A DNA stretch of 63,346 bases from Octopus bimaculoides (taxonomy: Eukaryota), in NCBI RefSeq assembly GCF_001194135.2, contig NC_069000.1:18358531-18421876 (forward strand), in the 5' to 3' direction. Under the pieces are notes generated by a model. The model was not told where the DNA came from and made no database searches. It saw only the letters and a program-made list of their open reading frames with translations. Below are positions 38,954-51,809 of the stretch, piece by piece; position 1 is the stretch's first letter, and each line of letters begins with the position of its first letter. The position numbers and the translations under genes were made by a program.

Positions 38954-40110
38954 CACTGGACAACAAAGATTTCGCTACTGGAGTAAAAGCAGTTGTTTTA
39001 GGATGCTGATTCAGAATCTGCACCCAAAATTGTTCTAACATGTCAGAATTTTGAGTTATGTGCATGCGGAAGATTATAACTATACTTTTGGCTAGATATA
39101 GGCCATATTATAAAATTTGCTAAAATGAAAGCTGTCTTAATTCAAAATTAAAGAAATAACAGCTATAAAACAAACAATGAGAAAGTTCATTATTTAGTTT
39201 AGTGATAGATGGTGCTGATGTATTGTGGGCAAGTGCCAAATACGTCAGTTTGTTTTTGGTAACTCTCAGTGTCATTTGCACTGCTGTCACATGTGGTATG
39301 TGTATCTCTCGCTCTGCGTGATTACTGTTTTCATTGTGCTAAATCATGAATAGAAGCTGTGTGAATCACCCAGACAAGTTTTGTTATGTCTGTCGAATAA
39401 TTTGCTCTGCGTAACCAGTGGAAGAACATGTCCACCAAATTAAAAACTGCCTATAAATATTATTTCAAGTGTAAAGTTTGGGACAAAGTGTGGGCACCTC
39501 ATATATGCTGCACCATGTGTTACTCAGGGCTTTCACAGTGGCTGAATCGAAAACGGAAGGGAATGCCTTTTGTTGTACCAAGGGTATCGTGTGAGCCAGC
39601 CAATCATGTCTCTGAGTGTTACTTCTGCATGACTAATATTAGTGGTTTCTCAAAGAAAACCAAAGCAAAAATTGCGTATGTAGATTGTAAGTCAGCTGTA
39701 AAACCGGTCCCACATAACTTTGTGAACCCCGTCCCAGTTCCCCTCTCACACGCTTCACTTGAAAATCTTGACACGTCACACGATGAACCCCCTGACTCTC
39801 CTATCAACAAAAAGTACGTAGTTGATTCTAAGATGAATGAACCAGGCTAGTTTAATCAAGATTTGAATCAAGATTTAGCAAGAGACCTAGCATTGTCAAA
39901 GAAGAGAGCAGAAGTTTTGGCATCCAAACTACAACAACGGAATCTCCTACAGCAAGGTACGAAAATTTCCATTTTCCGTTCTTGCCATAAATGCTCATCT
40001 GCCTTTTTCAAGCAAGAAAATAATGCTTATTTCTGTACTGACGCTAATGCACCCATGCAAAAACTAGGACATGTGCATGTGGCTAATGAATGGAGAAATT
40101 ATAATAATAA
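38954..40110 (+). mobile_element. Chapaev3 (CMC)-like DNA transposon 5' remnant with frameshifted transposase
   Basis: TTA|CACTGGACAACAAA terminus. ATG at 39346 gives MNRSCVNHPDKFCYVC, then WAPHICCTMC...MPFVVP...EPANHVSECYFCM and HVANEWR. No right end was found. Confidence 0.65.
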
Positions 40111-40622
40111 TAAATATACAGTACAGTACTGTTTCTACTTCGCGGATTTTCACCTATCATGGGAGGTTTTGGAACGTAACACCTGCAATAGATGAGGGAT
40201 TACTGCATTTATGTTCTGAGTTCAAATTCCATCAAATTCTAAAAGGTGTTGATGAGCACTTGGGTCAGTGTAACTGACTAGTGCCCTCACACAAAATTCC
40301 AGGCCCTGTGCCTATAGTAGAAAGAATTATGTATGTAATAGTTAAATCATATATTATGCATGCTATTGTGTTCTGTTATGCACATTATATCTTTTATCTG
40401 TTAACTTGTTTCAGTCATTGGACTGCAGACTTGACCTTAAGGGTTTAGTCAACCAAATCGACCTCAGTACTTATTTTTAACTCTGGCACTTACTTTGTCA
40501 GTCTCTTTTGCTGAACTGCTAAATTGTGGGGATTTAAGCAAATCTACACCAATAGTCAAGCAGTGGTAGGAGACACACACAAAGACACACACACACACAC
40601 ACACACGCACACACACACACAC

Positions 40623-40692
<70 letters not shown>

Positions 40693-41304
40693 NNNNNNNN
40701 NNNNNNNNNNNNNNNNNNNNNNNNNNNNNNNNNNNNNNNNNNNNNNNNNNNNNNNNNNNNNNNNNNNNNNNNNNNNNNNNNNNNNNNNNNNNNNNNNNNN
40801 NNNNNNNNNNNNNNNNNNNNNNNNNNNNNNNNNNNNNNNNNNNNNNNNNNNNNNNNNNNNNNNNNNNNNNNNNNNNNNNNNNNNNNNNNNNNNNNNNNNN
40901 NNNNNNNNNNNNNNNNNNNNNNNNNNNNNNNNNNNNNNNNNNNNNNNNNNNNNNNNNNNNNNNNNNNNNNNNNNNNNNNNNNNNNNNNNNNNNNNNNNNN
41001 NNNNNNNNNNNNNNNNNNNNNNNNNNNNNNNNNNNNNNNNNNNNNNNNNNNNNNNNNNNNNNNNNNNNNNNNNNNNNNNNNNNNNNNNNNNNNNNNNNNN
41101 NNNNNNNNNNNNNNNNNNNNNNNNNNNNNNNNNNNNNNNNNNNNNNNNNNNNNNNNNNNNNNNNNNNNNNNNNNNNNNNNNNNNNNNNNNNNNNNNNNNN
41201 NNNNNNNNNNNNNNNNNNNNNNNNNNNNNNNNNNNNNNNNNNNNNNNNNNNNNNNNNNNNNNNNNNNNNNNNNNNNNNNNNNNNNNNNNNNNNNNNNNNN
41301 NNNN

Positions 41305-41381
<77 letters not shown>

Positions 41382-41682
41382 ATATATGTAATGTAAAATT
41401 GTTTTTATATATATATAAAATATAAAATTGTTTATGTGTGTGTATGTATGTGTGATGGGCTTCCACACAGTTTCCATTTACCAAATCCCCTCACAAGGTA
41501 TCTGTCAGTCTGGCATTACAGTAAAAGATGCTTTCCCACATAGCTGCAAAGTAAACTTCTTAACAACACTGCCATTCTTGTGGTCAAGCTTCGTGCTTTC
41601 CCAATTTCTAAAATTTGCCCTCCTTTCAAAATGAACCTACATTGTTTTTTTGCTTTGTTATCTTTTTTTCTTTTTACCATAG

Positions 41683-41835
41683 GTACAGCTAATCGTACAG
41701 TTGCTTCCACAAACATGAATGCTACGAGTTCAAGAGCCCACACTGTGGTCACTATCATATTTGACCAGATCAAGAAATCGGAGAATAACACTGAAACACG
41801 CAAAACGAGTGAAATAAATCTTGTTGACTTAGCAG
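41683..41835 (+). CDS. KIF28: KIF28-like exon 10, switch I to start of switch II (GTANRTVASTNMNATSSRAH...INLVDLA-G)
   Basis: Long pyrimidine tract plus catAG acceptor, GTATGA donor; 153 nt, phase 1-1. Contains NxxSSR and DLAG. Confidence 0.97.
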
Positions 41836-41867
41836 GTATGATTTTCTACTGTGTAGCTTTGGAAATG

Positions 41868-42208
41868 ACTTTGGAAATGCCATTCGAAACATTGCAAACA
41901 ACTCACTGCCTTGTCACTATAAGCTTGCCGAAACATGCTCAATGTCTCTGTAGCAGATTTCCCAAATTTAATGCAAAATTTCACGTTGGCTCTTTGTTCC
42001 AACTTCTTGTTCATGTCAAAATTGCAGACTGTAGTATACACGTGATCACAAAAACACAAATTTCACATCTTATGAAGTAAACACAGCAATACCATTCAGC
42101 GCACTGCCTCATGAAGGTTGCTGTTAGCTTTCACTGGGCACACAACTGTGTGCTGTCATCTGTCAGCATGCTACAGAACTAGTCTGGGAACATTTTGATA
42201 CCACCTTG
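41868..42208 (-). mobile_element. mariner 5' fragment
   Basis: TIR ta|CAAGGTGGTATCAAAATGTTCCC and peptide EQRANVKFCIKFGKSATETLSMFRQAY...CFEWH. A homologous 5' end lies at ~21835-21950 (+). Confidence 0.8.
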
Positions 42209-42958
42209 TATATTACAATTTATTACATTATATTAACTAAATTATATTTTACTACATTATTACATTACATTATATTACCACATAAAAAGCACTGTTCAAG
42301 CATTGGACCTCATGGAGTTAGTGACAGGTGACCAAAACCTTTCGCGATATACATGCTTGTGTAGATCTGTCAAACCAAGTGAGACCATAGTTGTGGCTGA
42401 TGTTGATGTCAGGTCAATGGCTTCTGTCCCAGTGGCACCTAAAAAACACCAGCTACACTCTCAGAATGGTTGACGTTAGGAAGGGCATCCAGCCATAGAA
42501 ACCTTGCCAAATCAGATCAGAACCTGGTGCAGCTCCCTGGCTCACCAGTTTTCAGTCAAACCGTCTAACCCATGCCAGGATAGAAAACAGACGTTAAATG
42601 ATGATGATGAGGACATTGTGTTAAATTACATTTTATTAATTACATTATATTATATTACACTTTATTACTTTTTATCACATTATATTACATTATTATATCA
42701 ATTATATTACATTATATCAAATTAATTACATTATATTAAATTACATTATATTTTATATACACAATGGACTTCTTTCCATCTACCAAAATCAATCACAAGC
42801 CATTGGTCAGCCCAGGGCCATAGTAAAAACACTTTCCTAAGATGCCACACTGTAGGACTGAGGCCGAAACCATGTGGCTGCAAATCAAACTTTTTAACCA
42901 CATAGCCATGTTTGTATTTATATTAAATACAATCCTACAGATTAATTTTAATTATTAT

Positions 42959-43135
42959 TATTACCTCCACCTTAGTGAAGGCAGAGGTATTGTTTTCAGT
43001 TGTGTTTGTTTGTTCGTTCGTGGACAAGATATCTCAAGAACCACCGGATGGATTCGAATGAAACTTTCAGGAATGTTTGACCTCGAGACTGGCATGAACT
43101 GATTAGATTTGGGGATCGATCCAGTACCATGCAAG
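42959..43135 (+). mobile_element. Helentron/DINE-1-like non-autonomous element fragment
   Basis: Starts TATTACCTCCACCTT...AAGGCAGAGG (subterminal hairpin), then gtttgtttgtt...caagatatctcaagaa...ggattcgaatgaaacttt. Recognised by similarity to this widespread family. Confidence 0.5.
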
Positions 43136-43940
43136 TCTTTTTTGTTAAGACCCAATTATTTTAGCTTGTTATTAGCCTGTAATTCTATGAATACTGTTCT
43201 TTTACATTCCAAGCTTAAATAGACACAGGCATGGGTGTGTGGTAAGAAGCTTGCTTCCCAACCACATGGTTCCAGGTTCACTACCACTATGTGGCACCTT
43301 GGGCAAGTGTCTTCTACTATAGCCTTGGGCCAACCAAAGCTTTGTGAGTGGACTGGGCAGACAGAAACTGAAAGAAGCTCATCGTATAAATGTATGTATA
43401 TATCTATGTGTGAGTTTTTGTGTCTGTGTTTGTCCCCTACTACAGCTTGACAAGCAGTGTTAGTGTGTTTACATCCCTGTAACATTAGTAGTTCGGCAAA
43501 AGGGGCTGATAGAATAAGTACTAGGCTTTAAAAAAAGTAAGTCCTGGGGTCAATTTGTTTGACTAAAACCCCTCAAGGGGGTGTCCCAGCATGGCCACAG
43601 TCAAATGACTGAAACAAGTAAAAGATGAAAGATGTTTTTTAGAAGACACTAGTTATGATCTATACCAGCTGATATTCATGCTGAAAATTGGGAAATAACT
43701 GCAATTGATACGGCATCATAGAAAAAACATTCTCTATGCATCTATGTATTTTGAAGAGAACTGTGTTAAACATGCAAAACTGAAATGAAATGCAAGGAGA
43801 GGAAACCCCCTACAGAAGTCAATTCTTCCTTCAAATCTTCAACTTGTAACTGAATTTGTCTTTCTAAGGCTGGTCTTGGTAGCTGATCAAGAATACATGA
43901 ACCAAAATCATGCTAAGAGTTGATGTTGAGGTGTTAGATT

Positions 43941-44337
43941 TACTCTTTTACTCTTTTACTTGTTTCAGTCATTTGACTGTGGCCATGCTGGAGCACCGCC
44001 TTTAGTCGAGCAAGTTGACCCCAGGACTTATTCTTTGGAGCCTAGTACTTATTCTATCTGTCTCTTATGCTGAACCACTAAGTTACGGGGACGTAAACAC
44101 ACCAGCATCGGTTGTCAAGCGATGTTGGGGGGACAAACACATACACACACATACATATATATATATATATACATATATACGACAGGCTTCTTTCAGTTTC
44201 CATCTACCAAATCCACTCACAAGGCTTTGGTCGGCCTGAGGCTATAGTAGAAGACACTTACCCAAGGTGCCATGCAGTGAGACTGAACCCGGAACCATGT
44301 GGTTGGTAAGCAAGCAACTTACCACACAGCCACTCCT
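43941..44337 (-). mobile_element. tRNA-derived SINE family B, full-length copy (about 16 copies in the window)
   Basis: Head GGAGTGGCTGTGTGGTAAG...GGGTTCAGTC, an internal TA/CA microsatellite and an (AAAGAGT)n tail. Approximate other copies: 1360-1720(-), 7570-7990(-), 9795-10025, 10925-11160(-), 13195-13635(-), 31180-31760(-), 34306-34400, 37378-37830, 40400-41560(-), 42770-42910(-), 43226-43625, 51045-51200. Confidence 0.8.
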
Positions 44338-44435
44338 AAACATAGAAATTCTGTTGCACCTGAGCAGACTGATGTATGTAAGCCATGTGGTTTGAATGTA
44401 AGATGAAAGAATTTCAAAACATTTATTAAACAGAG

Positions 44436-44471
<36 letters not shown>

Positions 44472-45490
44472 CTTTTTTCTTTTTTCTTTTTTTTTTGCTA
44501 CAAGAACAGTGTTACTGGCAGGACTCTTGTTCAAAAAAGATCTGTCACCAAAATATTAAAATTTTCTTCTTTTTGGGACACGTTAACATTAATCTAGTGC
44601 TGAAAATCAATCACATCAGTAACTGTTGTTTGATACATATTGAAAAAATCTTCTTTTGTCTTCACTATTCTTAATGTTTTTTTTTATTACTTCTTTTTTC
44701 TCTCTCTCTTTCTTCCCTTCTCACTCACTCTCTTTCTATTTCTTTCTTTCTCTCTCTCTCTCTCGTTCCCTCTCTCCCTCTTTCACCAAAACTGTTTGCC
44801 AACCATTCCTCCCTCCCTGCAACCATCCATTCTATTCATCTTGCTACTTATATAAGTAGAATAGCTATCTATCGCTGTCAATTTGTAATATCTACTTCCT
44901 TGGCTCAAGAATCAATTGTAACCTTCAAATTATTGAGTCTGTCTAATATCCGTTCCTACCAACACTTAACTGTGCAACGGTTAGCTCTCTGTACACTAGT
45001 TATTTAGTCAACCGGACAACAATATATGTATCAAAAGAAATCGCTATGCATGTACGAGTGTGTATGTGTGTGTGAGCATATAAATGTGTGTGTGTGTGCA
45101 TGCGTGCGTGTGTGTGCATGCATGCATGCGTGTGTGTGTGTGTGTGTGTGTATGTGTGTGGAAAGTCAGCTCAATAATGTACTATGGCGTGTTAATGAAT
45201 TGCAAAGCAAAGCTGGCTTGTTATTCCATCACAGTATTGAACATATCATGCCCTACAATCTCAATGTGCTGGATCTGCCCTCTACCAGAACACATGACAA
45301 CAACCCATAGACTGTGGTCAAAGTGCATCCAAGAAATTGACTTTATCAGATTTATCAAAATTTATCTGTGCCATAATGAAATTAAAACATATCTCACAGC
45401 CACACACATCTCGCATTTCTTTTGTGGTTCAGTGTATTTCCTAACTTTCAACATGACTATTACCTTGTTTTGAATTAAATTTAGAGAAGT

Positions 45491-46160
45491 CTATGTATTT
45501 TGACTTCAGCTTGTGAGGAGAATTTTTTTTTTTTCCTAAATTGTAATTCCCTATTTAATAAATGTTTTGAAATTCTTTCATCTTACATTCAAACCACATG
45601 GCTTACATACATCAGTCTGCTCAGCTGCAAGAGAACTTCTATGTTTAAAACATTTATTAAATCCAACACCTTAACATCAACTCTTAGCATGCTTTTGGTT
45701 CATGTATTCTTGATCAGCTACCAAGACCAGCCTTAGAAAGACAAATTCAGTTACAAGTTGAAGATTTGAAGGAAGAATTCACTTCTGTTGGGGGTTTCCT
45801 CTCCTTGCATTTCATTTCAGTTTTGCATGTTTAACACAATCCTCTTCAAAATACATAGATGCATAGAGAATGTTTTTTCTATGATGCCGTATCAATTGCA
45901 GTTATTTCCCAATTTTCAGCACGAATATTAGCTTTTTTTCAGATCAAATTTAAGGAACACTTTGTATTTTGACTTCAGCTTGTGAGGAGGACTTTTTTCT
46001 CCCTAAAATGTAATTCTTTGTTTAATAGATGTTTTGAAATTCTTTCACCTTGCATACAAACCACATGGCTTACAAGCATCAGTCTGCTCAGCTACAGCAG
46101 AACTTCTATGTTTAAAACATTTATTAACTCTAACACCTCAACATCAATTCTTAACAGCAT
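45491..46160 (+). repeat. ~470-bp tandem duplication (about 1.4 copies), with an inverted third copy at 43667-44440
   Basis: 45491 tatgtattttgacttcagcttgtgaggag... recurs at 45961 and stays aligned for ~200 bp. Confidence 0.85.
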
Positions 46161-46527
46161 TTTGTCTGTCTTTACATTTTGAGTTCAAATTCCATCAAGG
46201 ATTGATAAAATAAGTACTAGTTGAACACTGGGGTCGATGCAATCAACTTACCTCATCCCCTAAAATTGCTGGCCTTGTGTCATTATTATTATTATCATCA
46301 TTATTCAAGGTGGCGAGCTGGTAGAACTGTTAACATGCTTAGTGGTATTTAGTCCATTGCTATGTTCTGAGTTCAAATTCTGCTGAGGTCGACTTTGCCT
46401 TTCATCCTTTCGGGGTCGATAAATTAAGTACCAGTGAAACACTGGGGTCGATGTAATCAACTAATCACCCCCCTCACAAATTTGAGGCCTTGTGCCTCCA
46501 GTAGAAAAGATTGTTATTATTATAATT

Positions 46528-46796
46528 GAGTGAGTGAGCAGTACACGCCATCAAAGTGATGCTGGGGTACAAATATACAAAGTCCAATATAGTCATCATG
46601 GCTACTCGTCTGATAAGGGTACACCAGGCATATATATCACAACCATATGTATGTGACATGGTGTCCTCATATCAAGGTAAACAATGCATGCCCTTGCAGG
46701 CAGGGTTCAGTTAGAATGTTTTTCAGGTCGAGTAGCCCATCAAGCTCAAAAGGTCCCTGAATAAGGGTTGTTCAAAGAAGATGAATGAAACCTCCA

Positions 46797-46836
<40 letters not shown>

Positions 46837-47376
46837 GAGTGAGAGAGCAGAGCATGCCATCAAAGTGACACTAGGGTGAAATATACAAAGCCCAATATAC
46901 CCATCATGACTACCTGTCTTATAGAGGTACACCAGGCACATGCATCACAACCATATGTGCACAACATGGTGATCTCGTATCAAGACAAACAGTGCATGAC
47001 CTTGCAGGTGGGGCCCAGTTAGAATTTTCTTCAGGTCGAGTAGCCTATCCCACTTGAAAGGTCCCTGAATAAAGGTTGTTTAAGGATGTTGAACGAAACA
47101 CGCATGTTTTCAAAGGTGAATTATACAAACCCCAAAGACTACCTCTCAACACACGGCTATGATGTCCTCCACTACTTCTGCTCATGATCAGAGATGTACA
47201 TATCATCAGCCACCAAGGGACATGCTCAACTGGTTAAGGTCAAGCAACTGACAAGCAAATCTTTGGTATTGAGCAGAATATTTGCTGTAGCCCATCTTTT
47301 ATACCAAGACAAAACAATGTACATGATAACACTTCCAATCAGTTAAGATCAGAAGCCATGAGAGCTACTGCCTGGT
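46528..47376 (-). mobile_element. Two adjacent copies (46528-46797, 46836-47376) of an unclassified (TAA)n-tailed retroposon 3' end
   Basis: About 270 bp align between the copies at roughly 80% identity (by eye). Each abuts an (ATT)n tract on its left. Confidence 0.7.
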
Positions 47377-47377
47377 A

Positions 47378-47428
<51 letters not shown>

Positions 47429-48389
47429 TGGTGTTAGGAAGGGCATCCAGCTTTAGAAACCATGTCATATCGGACTGGAACTTGGTATAGCTCTTCAGTT
47501 TACCAGTTCCATTCAAACTGTCTAACCCATGCCAACATGGAAAGCAGACGCTAAATAATGATAATGATGATGGTGATGGTGATGATGATGATGATAATGA
47601 TTATTAACTCTGTTGTATATACTGGAACAGTTGCCATGACTAAAATCCATGTCAGCATACTCCCCACAGACCAATCAATCATTTCAGTTATTGATAAATT
47701 CAGGCCAATTATTACAATTGTTGTTAATGCAATTATCATTTTTATCATCATCATCATCATCATCATCATCATTATGTTATTGTTGCTATTACTACTATTA
47801 TTCTTATTTTTATTTGTATTTTTAGCGCCACTAAAATTATTATTTTTTAAATTAATTTTGTAATTAATGCTTTTATTATTGTTATTATTATTACTATTGT
47901 TATTATCATTGTTATAGATACTATAATTATTATGACTGTTAATAATTAATAACAACAGAAGCAGTATTAATACCAAAAGTCAATATTTATATCCAATTTA
48001 ACGTGGATATTTCGTTAGAACACCAAATACTGCATTATTTACCTTAGATAGGACCTCTCATATGGACTTCTGGTGCATGAAAGCACCCATATTTATATCT
48101 CTGACAGACGAGAATTGTCTGCTGCAGCTGCCAGACTGCCACATAACATAATTTCCCCCTGTTTTGGGCTCTTCGGTGAGATTATGCTATCATGTCGCTA
48201 CCAGACATCTGTCACAATTGCCATTTGTTATGTTATAATTGTTGTCGTTTTTACATTTTTTATTACGTATTATCAATGTAGCTATCATCGTTATTATAAA
48301 GATTACCACTCTTGTTCCTATTACTATTATTATTATTTTTATCATCATCATCATCATCATTAGTATTGTAGTTAGTATCATAACTAAAT

Positions 48390-49022
48390 TCGACGACTGG
48401 CACCCATGCCAACCTTTCCTTCATTGGACACTAAACTCTGCTTGCGAAGACCTGTTGGGGCAAGTGAAATCAAAATTGTAATCGAACCAAATTCAATGAC
48501 TGGCACCTGTGCCAGTGGAGTGCTAACAGCACCATCCGAGCATGATCATTGCCAGAGCAGCTGTCTGGCTTCCGTGCCAGTAGCACATAAATAGCATCAT
48601 TGGAGCATGACCATTACCAGCGTAGTCTTACTGGCACTTGTGCCAATGACACGAGAAAAGACATTCGAGCGAGATCGTTGCCAGTGTCGCTGGACTGGCT
48701 CCTGTGCAGGTGGCACATAAAAACACCATTTTGAGTGTGGCTGTTGCCAATACTACCTGACTGGCCCTTGTGCCGGTGGTACGTAAAAGCACCCACTATA
48801 CTCTCGGAGTAGGTGGCGTTAGGAAGGGCATCCAGCTGTAGAAACTCTGCCAGATCAGATTGGAGCCTGGTGCAGCCATCTGGTTCACCAGTCCTCAGTC
48901 AAATCGTNNNNNNNNNNAGATTGGAGCCTGGTGCAGCCATCTGGTTCACCAGTCCTCAGTCAAATCGTCCAACCCATGCTAGCATGGAAACCGGACATTA
49001 AACGATGATGATGATGATGATG
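48390..49022 (+). mobile_element. RTE-type LINE 3' UTR (family C) with ~65-bp sub-repeats and (GAT)n tail
   Basis: Ends ...ccaacccatgctagcatggaaa..ggacattaaacgatgatgatg. Near-identical 3' ends occur at 4620-4780(-), 30625-30735, 36311-36476, 50250-50640 and 63105-63346(-). Older copies lie at ~14400, 23460, 28550, 42400 and 47430. Confidence 0.75.
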
Positions 49023-49111
49023 ATATGTATATATATATGTTTCTCTTTGTTATATATATGTATATATGTTTCTACACATACCCAAATGTGCACACACATG
49101 CATATGTGCGT

Positions 49112-49157
<46 letters not shown>

Positions 49158-49196
49158 GATACTTTGCTGTCATACGGTGTCTGTTTCCTTTGGCAG

Positions 49197-49294
49197 GTTC
49201 TGAACGAGCGGACAGTACTGGCGCAACAGGTGATCGGTTGCGTGAAGGTGCCAATATTAACAAGTCTCTATCTGTTCTTGGAAATGTTATATCA
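49197..49294 (+). CDS. KIF28: KIF28-like exon 11 ([33 protein letters not shown])
   Basis: tttggcAG acceptor and GTAAGT donor; 98 nt. Switch II SE and the EGANINKSL motif. Confidence 0.97.
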
Positions 49295-50902
49295 GTAAGT
49301 GACCGAGTGACCCATGGAGTCTATTTTTCTTTCAAGCAATTCCCAGTATTCTTGTTTCCTTAATGATACAACACTTCAGTAAGGAACTCATAATTCCACT
49401 ATCAAATTGCTCTGTAAAACTGTACCCTTTGTGCTATTACCTATCAATCTAGCTGGTAACATGATCAATTGTAGTTGATAAAGTGGTTAACTAGTAACCA
49501 GAGAGTCAGTGGTTGATATTTTACTCAGGAGGGTGTGTGGCCTAGTGGTTAGGACGTTGCACACCTAATTGCTAGATCGTGGTTTTGATATCTGGACCAG
49601 GCAATGCATTGTTCTCTTGAGCAAAACACTTCCATTCACCGTGCACCTGTACAGGTAATGTTAATTTGATGAAGGGAATGAGCTCAAGTACTGCACACAC
49701 ACATTTGTTCACTATAAACAACTCATCTGTGCAGGTTGATCAACAAGAAGTTGTGGAACCTCATCTGTCATTTACAACGGGAGAGTCCACTACCACTTTA
49801 TGTTACAGCATTGAGTACTTTTTTTTTGCTTAGTTCCATTTCACTCAAGTGTGAAACCACCATCCACAATATAACTATGAATGCACCTAAGATTGGTTAC
49901 CATTGTATCTGTCAGAAGATTAATCACTCATCATGACAAAACCCTAGCCACCAGCCTATACAAACCATTTCTCCTCTCTCCTTAGTATTTAAAAGACTAT
50001 TACATTTCGTATCTCAATATTCTTACATAAATATAAGGCAACAATCTGCCAGAATTGTTTGCATGCCAGGCAAAATGTTTAACAGCATTTCGTCCATCTC
50101 CTTACAATTTGAGTTAAAATTCTTCTGAGATCAATTTTACCTTTTGTCCTATCGGGATCAATAAAATAGGTATCATTTGAACACTAGGGGCAATGCAATC
50201 GATTTCCCCACTCCCTGAAATTACTAGCCTTGGGCCAAAATTTGAAACCAGTGCCGGTGGCATGTAAAAAGTATCATTTGAGCATGATCGTTACCAGCAT
50301 CGCCTTACTGGCACTTGTGCCGGTGGCACATGAACAAAACTTTCAAGCGAGGTTGTTGCCAGTGCTGCTGGACTGACTCCTGTGTAGGTGGCACATAAAA
50401 AACACCATTTGAGTGAGGCCATTGCCAGTACCACCAGACTGGCCCTCGTGCTGGTGGCACGTAAAAGCACCCATTACACTCTCAGAGTGGTTGGCATTAG
50501 GAAGGGCATCCAGCTGTAGAAACTCTGCCAGATCAGATTGGAGCCTGGTGCAGCCATCTGGTTCACCAGTCCTCAGTCAAACCGTCCAACCCATGCCAGC
50601 ATGGAAAGCAGACATTAAACGATGATAATGATGATGATGAATATAGGGTAGTGAGCTGGCAGAATTGTTAGTACACCGGGTAAAATGCTTAGAAGTATTT
50701 CATCTGTCTTTATGTTCTGAGTTCAAATTCTGCCTAGGTTGACTTTGCCTTTCACCCTTTCAGGGTCAATAAATTAAGTGCCAGTTAAACACCATAGTTA
50801 ATGCAGTTGACTTACCCCCTCCCTGAAATTACTGGCCTTGTACCAAAATTTGAAAACAATATTCATAAAGGAATATGAATCCAATTTATTAAACTATTTC
50901 AG

Positions 50903-51000
50903 GCATTGGCAGAACAAACATCTGGCAAGAAGAAAGTTGTAGTTCCATATAGGGAATCAGTCCTTACCAAACTATTAAAAAATGCTTTGGGTGGCAACAG
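50903..51000 (+). CDS. KIF28: KIF28-like exon 12 (ALAEQTSGKKKVVVPYRESVLTKLLKNALGGN-S)
   Basis: tatttcAG acceptor and GTAATT donor. PYRES and LGGNS motifs. Confidence 0.97.
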
Positions 51001-51658
51001 GTAATTTTATTTTTCTTAATCTTCATTGTTAAAATAACAGTAACATGGCCCTATGGTAAGAAGTTTGCTTCCCAATCATGGTTCAGGGTCCAGTCTCACT
51101 GTATGGCACATTAGGTGAGTGCCTTCTGCTATAGTCTTGAGTCAACTAAAGCCTCATGAGTAGATTTGGTAGACAGAAAGTGTGTGTGTGTGTAAATATG
51201 TATGTATGTATGTATGTATGTATACTTTATTTGTGTATTAAACCAAAATGGAGATGAATGTTGATGTTCCAAGTGATAGGCTTGATAAATTGTGGTATTT
51301 CTTAACATGAAACCAATGGTAGCCTTAACACACAAATAAAGAATCTTTATCCACCAATGTGATGTTGAGCACTCGTTCTCATTATTCGGTATTTATGTGT
51401 GTGTATGTACATGTGTGTGTGTATATACATGTGTGTGTGTGTTGGTAACAAATTATTAGTATTAATATAGATGTAGAAAAGTTATAGTTTTTATGTTTTA
51501 CAGAAGCACAGTAGGAAGAATGAGATGTGTTGCAGGCAAGTGGTCTTAGCTGTTGTGAGGGCCATTGTCATTGATGGTTTGTGTTGAAATTGTCATCACT
51601 TTTCTCATTATTTTTTTTTTTGTTGTTATTATTGCTGATTTTGTTGTTGTTTCAACAG

Positions 51659-51809
51659 TCGAACTGTGATGATAGCTGCTCTGTCGCCTGCCAACATCAA
51701 TTATGATGAGACCCTCTCTACACTCCGTTATGCTGATCGAGCAAAGCAGATAAAGAATAAGGCTGTGGTTAACGAGAACCCAATTGATAAACTAATACGT
51801 GAACTTAAG
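51659..51809 (+). CDS. KIF28: KIF28-like exon 13 ([50 protein letters not shown])
   Basis: caacAG acceptor and GTATGT donor. ETLSTLRYA motif, neck linker and neck coil. Confidence 0.97.

Noticed and set aside
42215-42760. ATTAC/ATTAT-rich periodic stretches that could resemble a spaced array
   Set aside because: These are degenerate pentanucleotide low-complexity repeats with no repeat-spacer structure. No CRISPR array was found anywhere.
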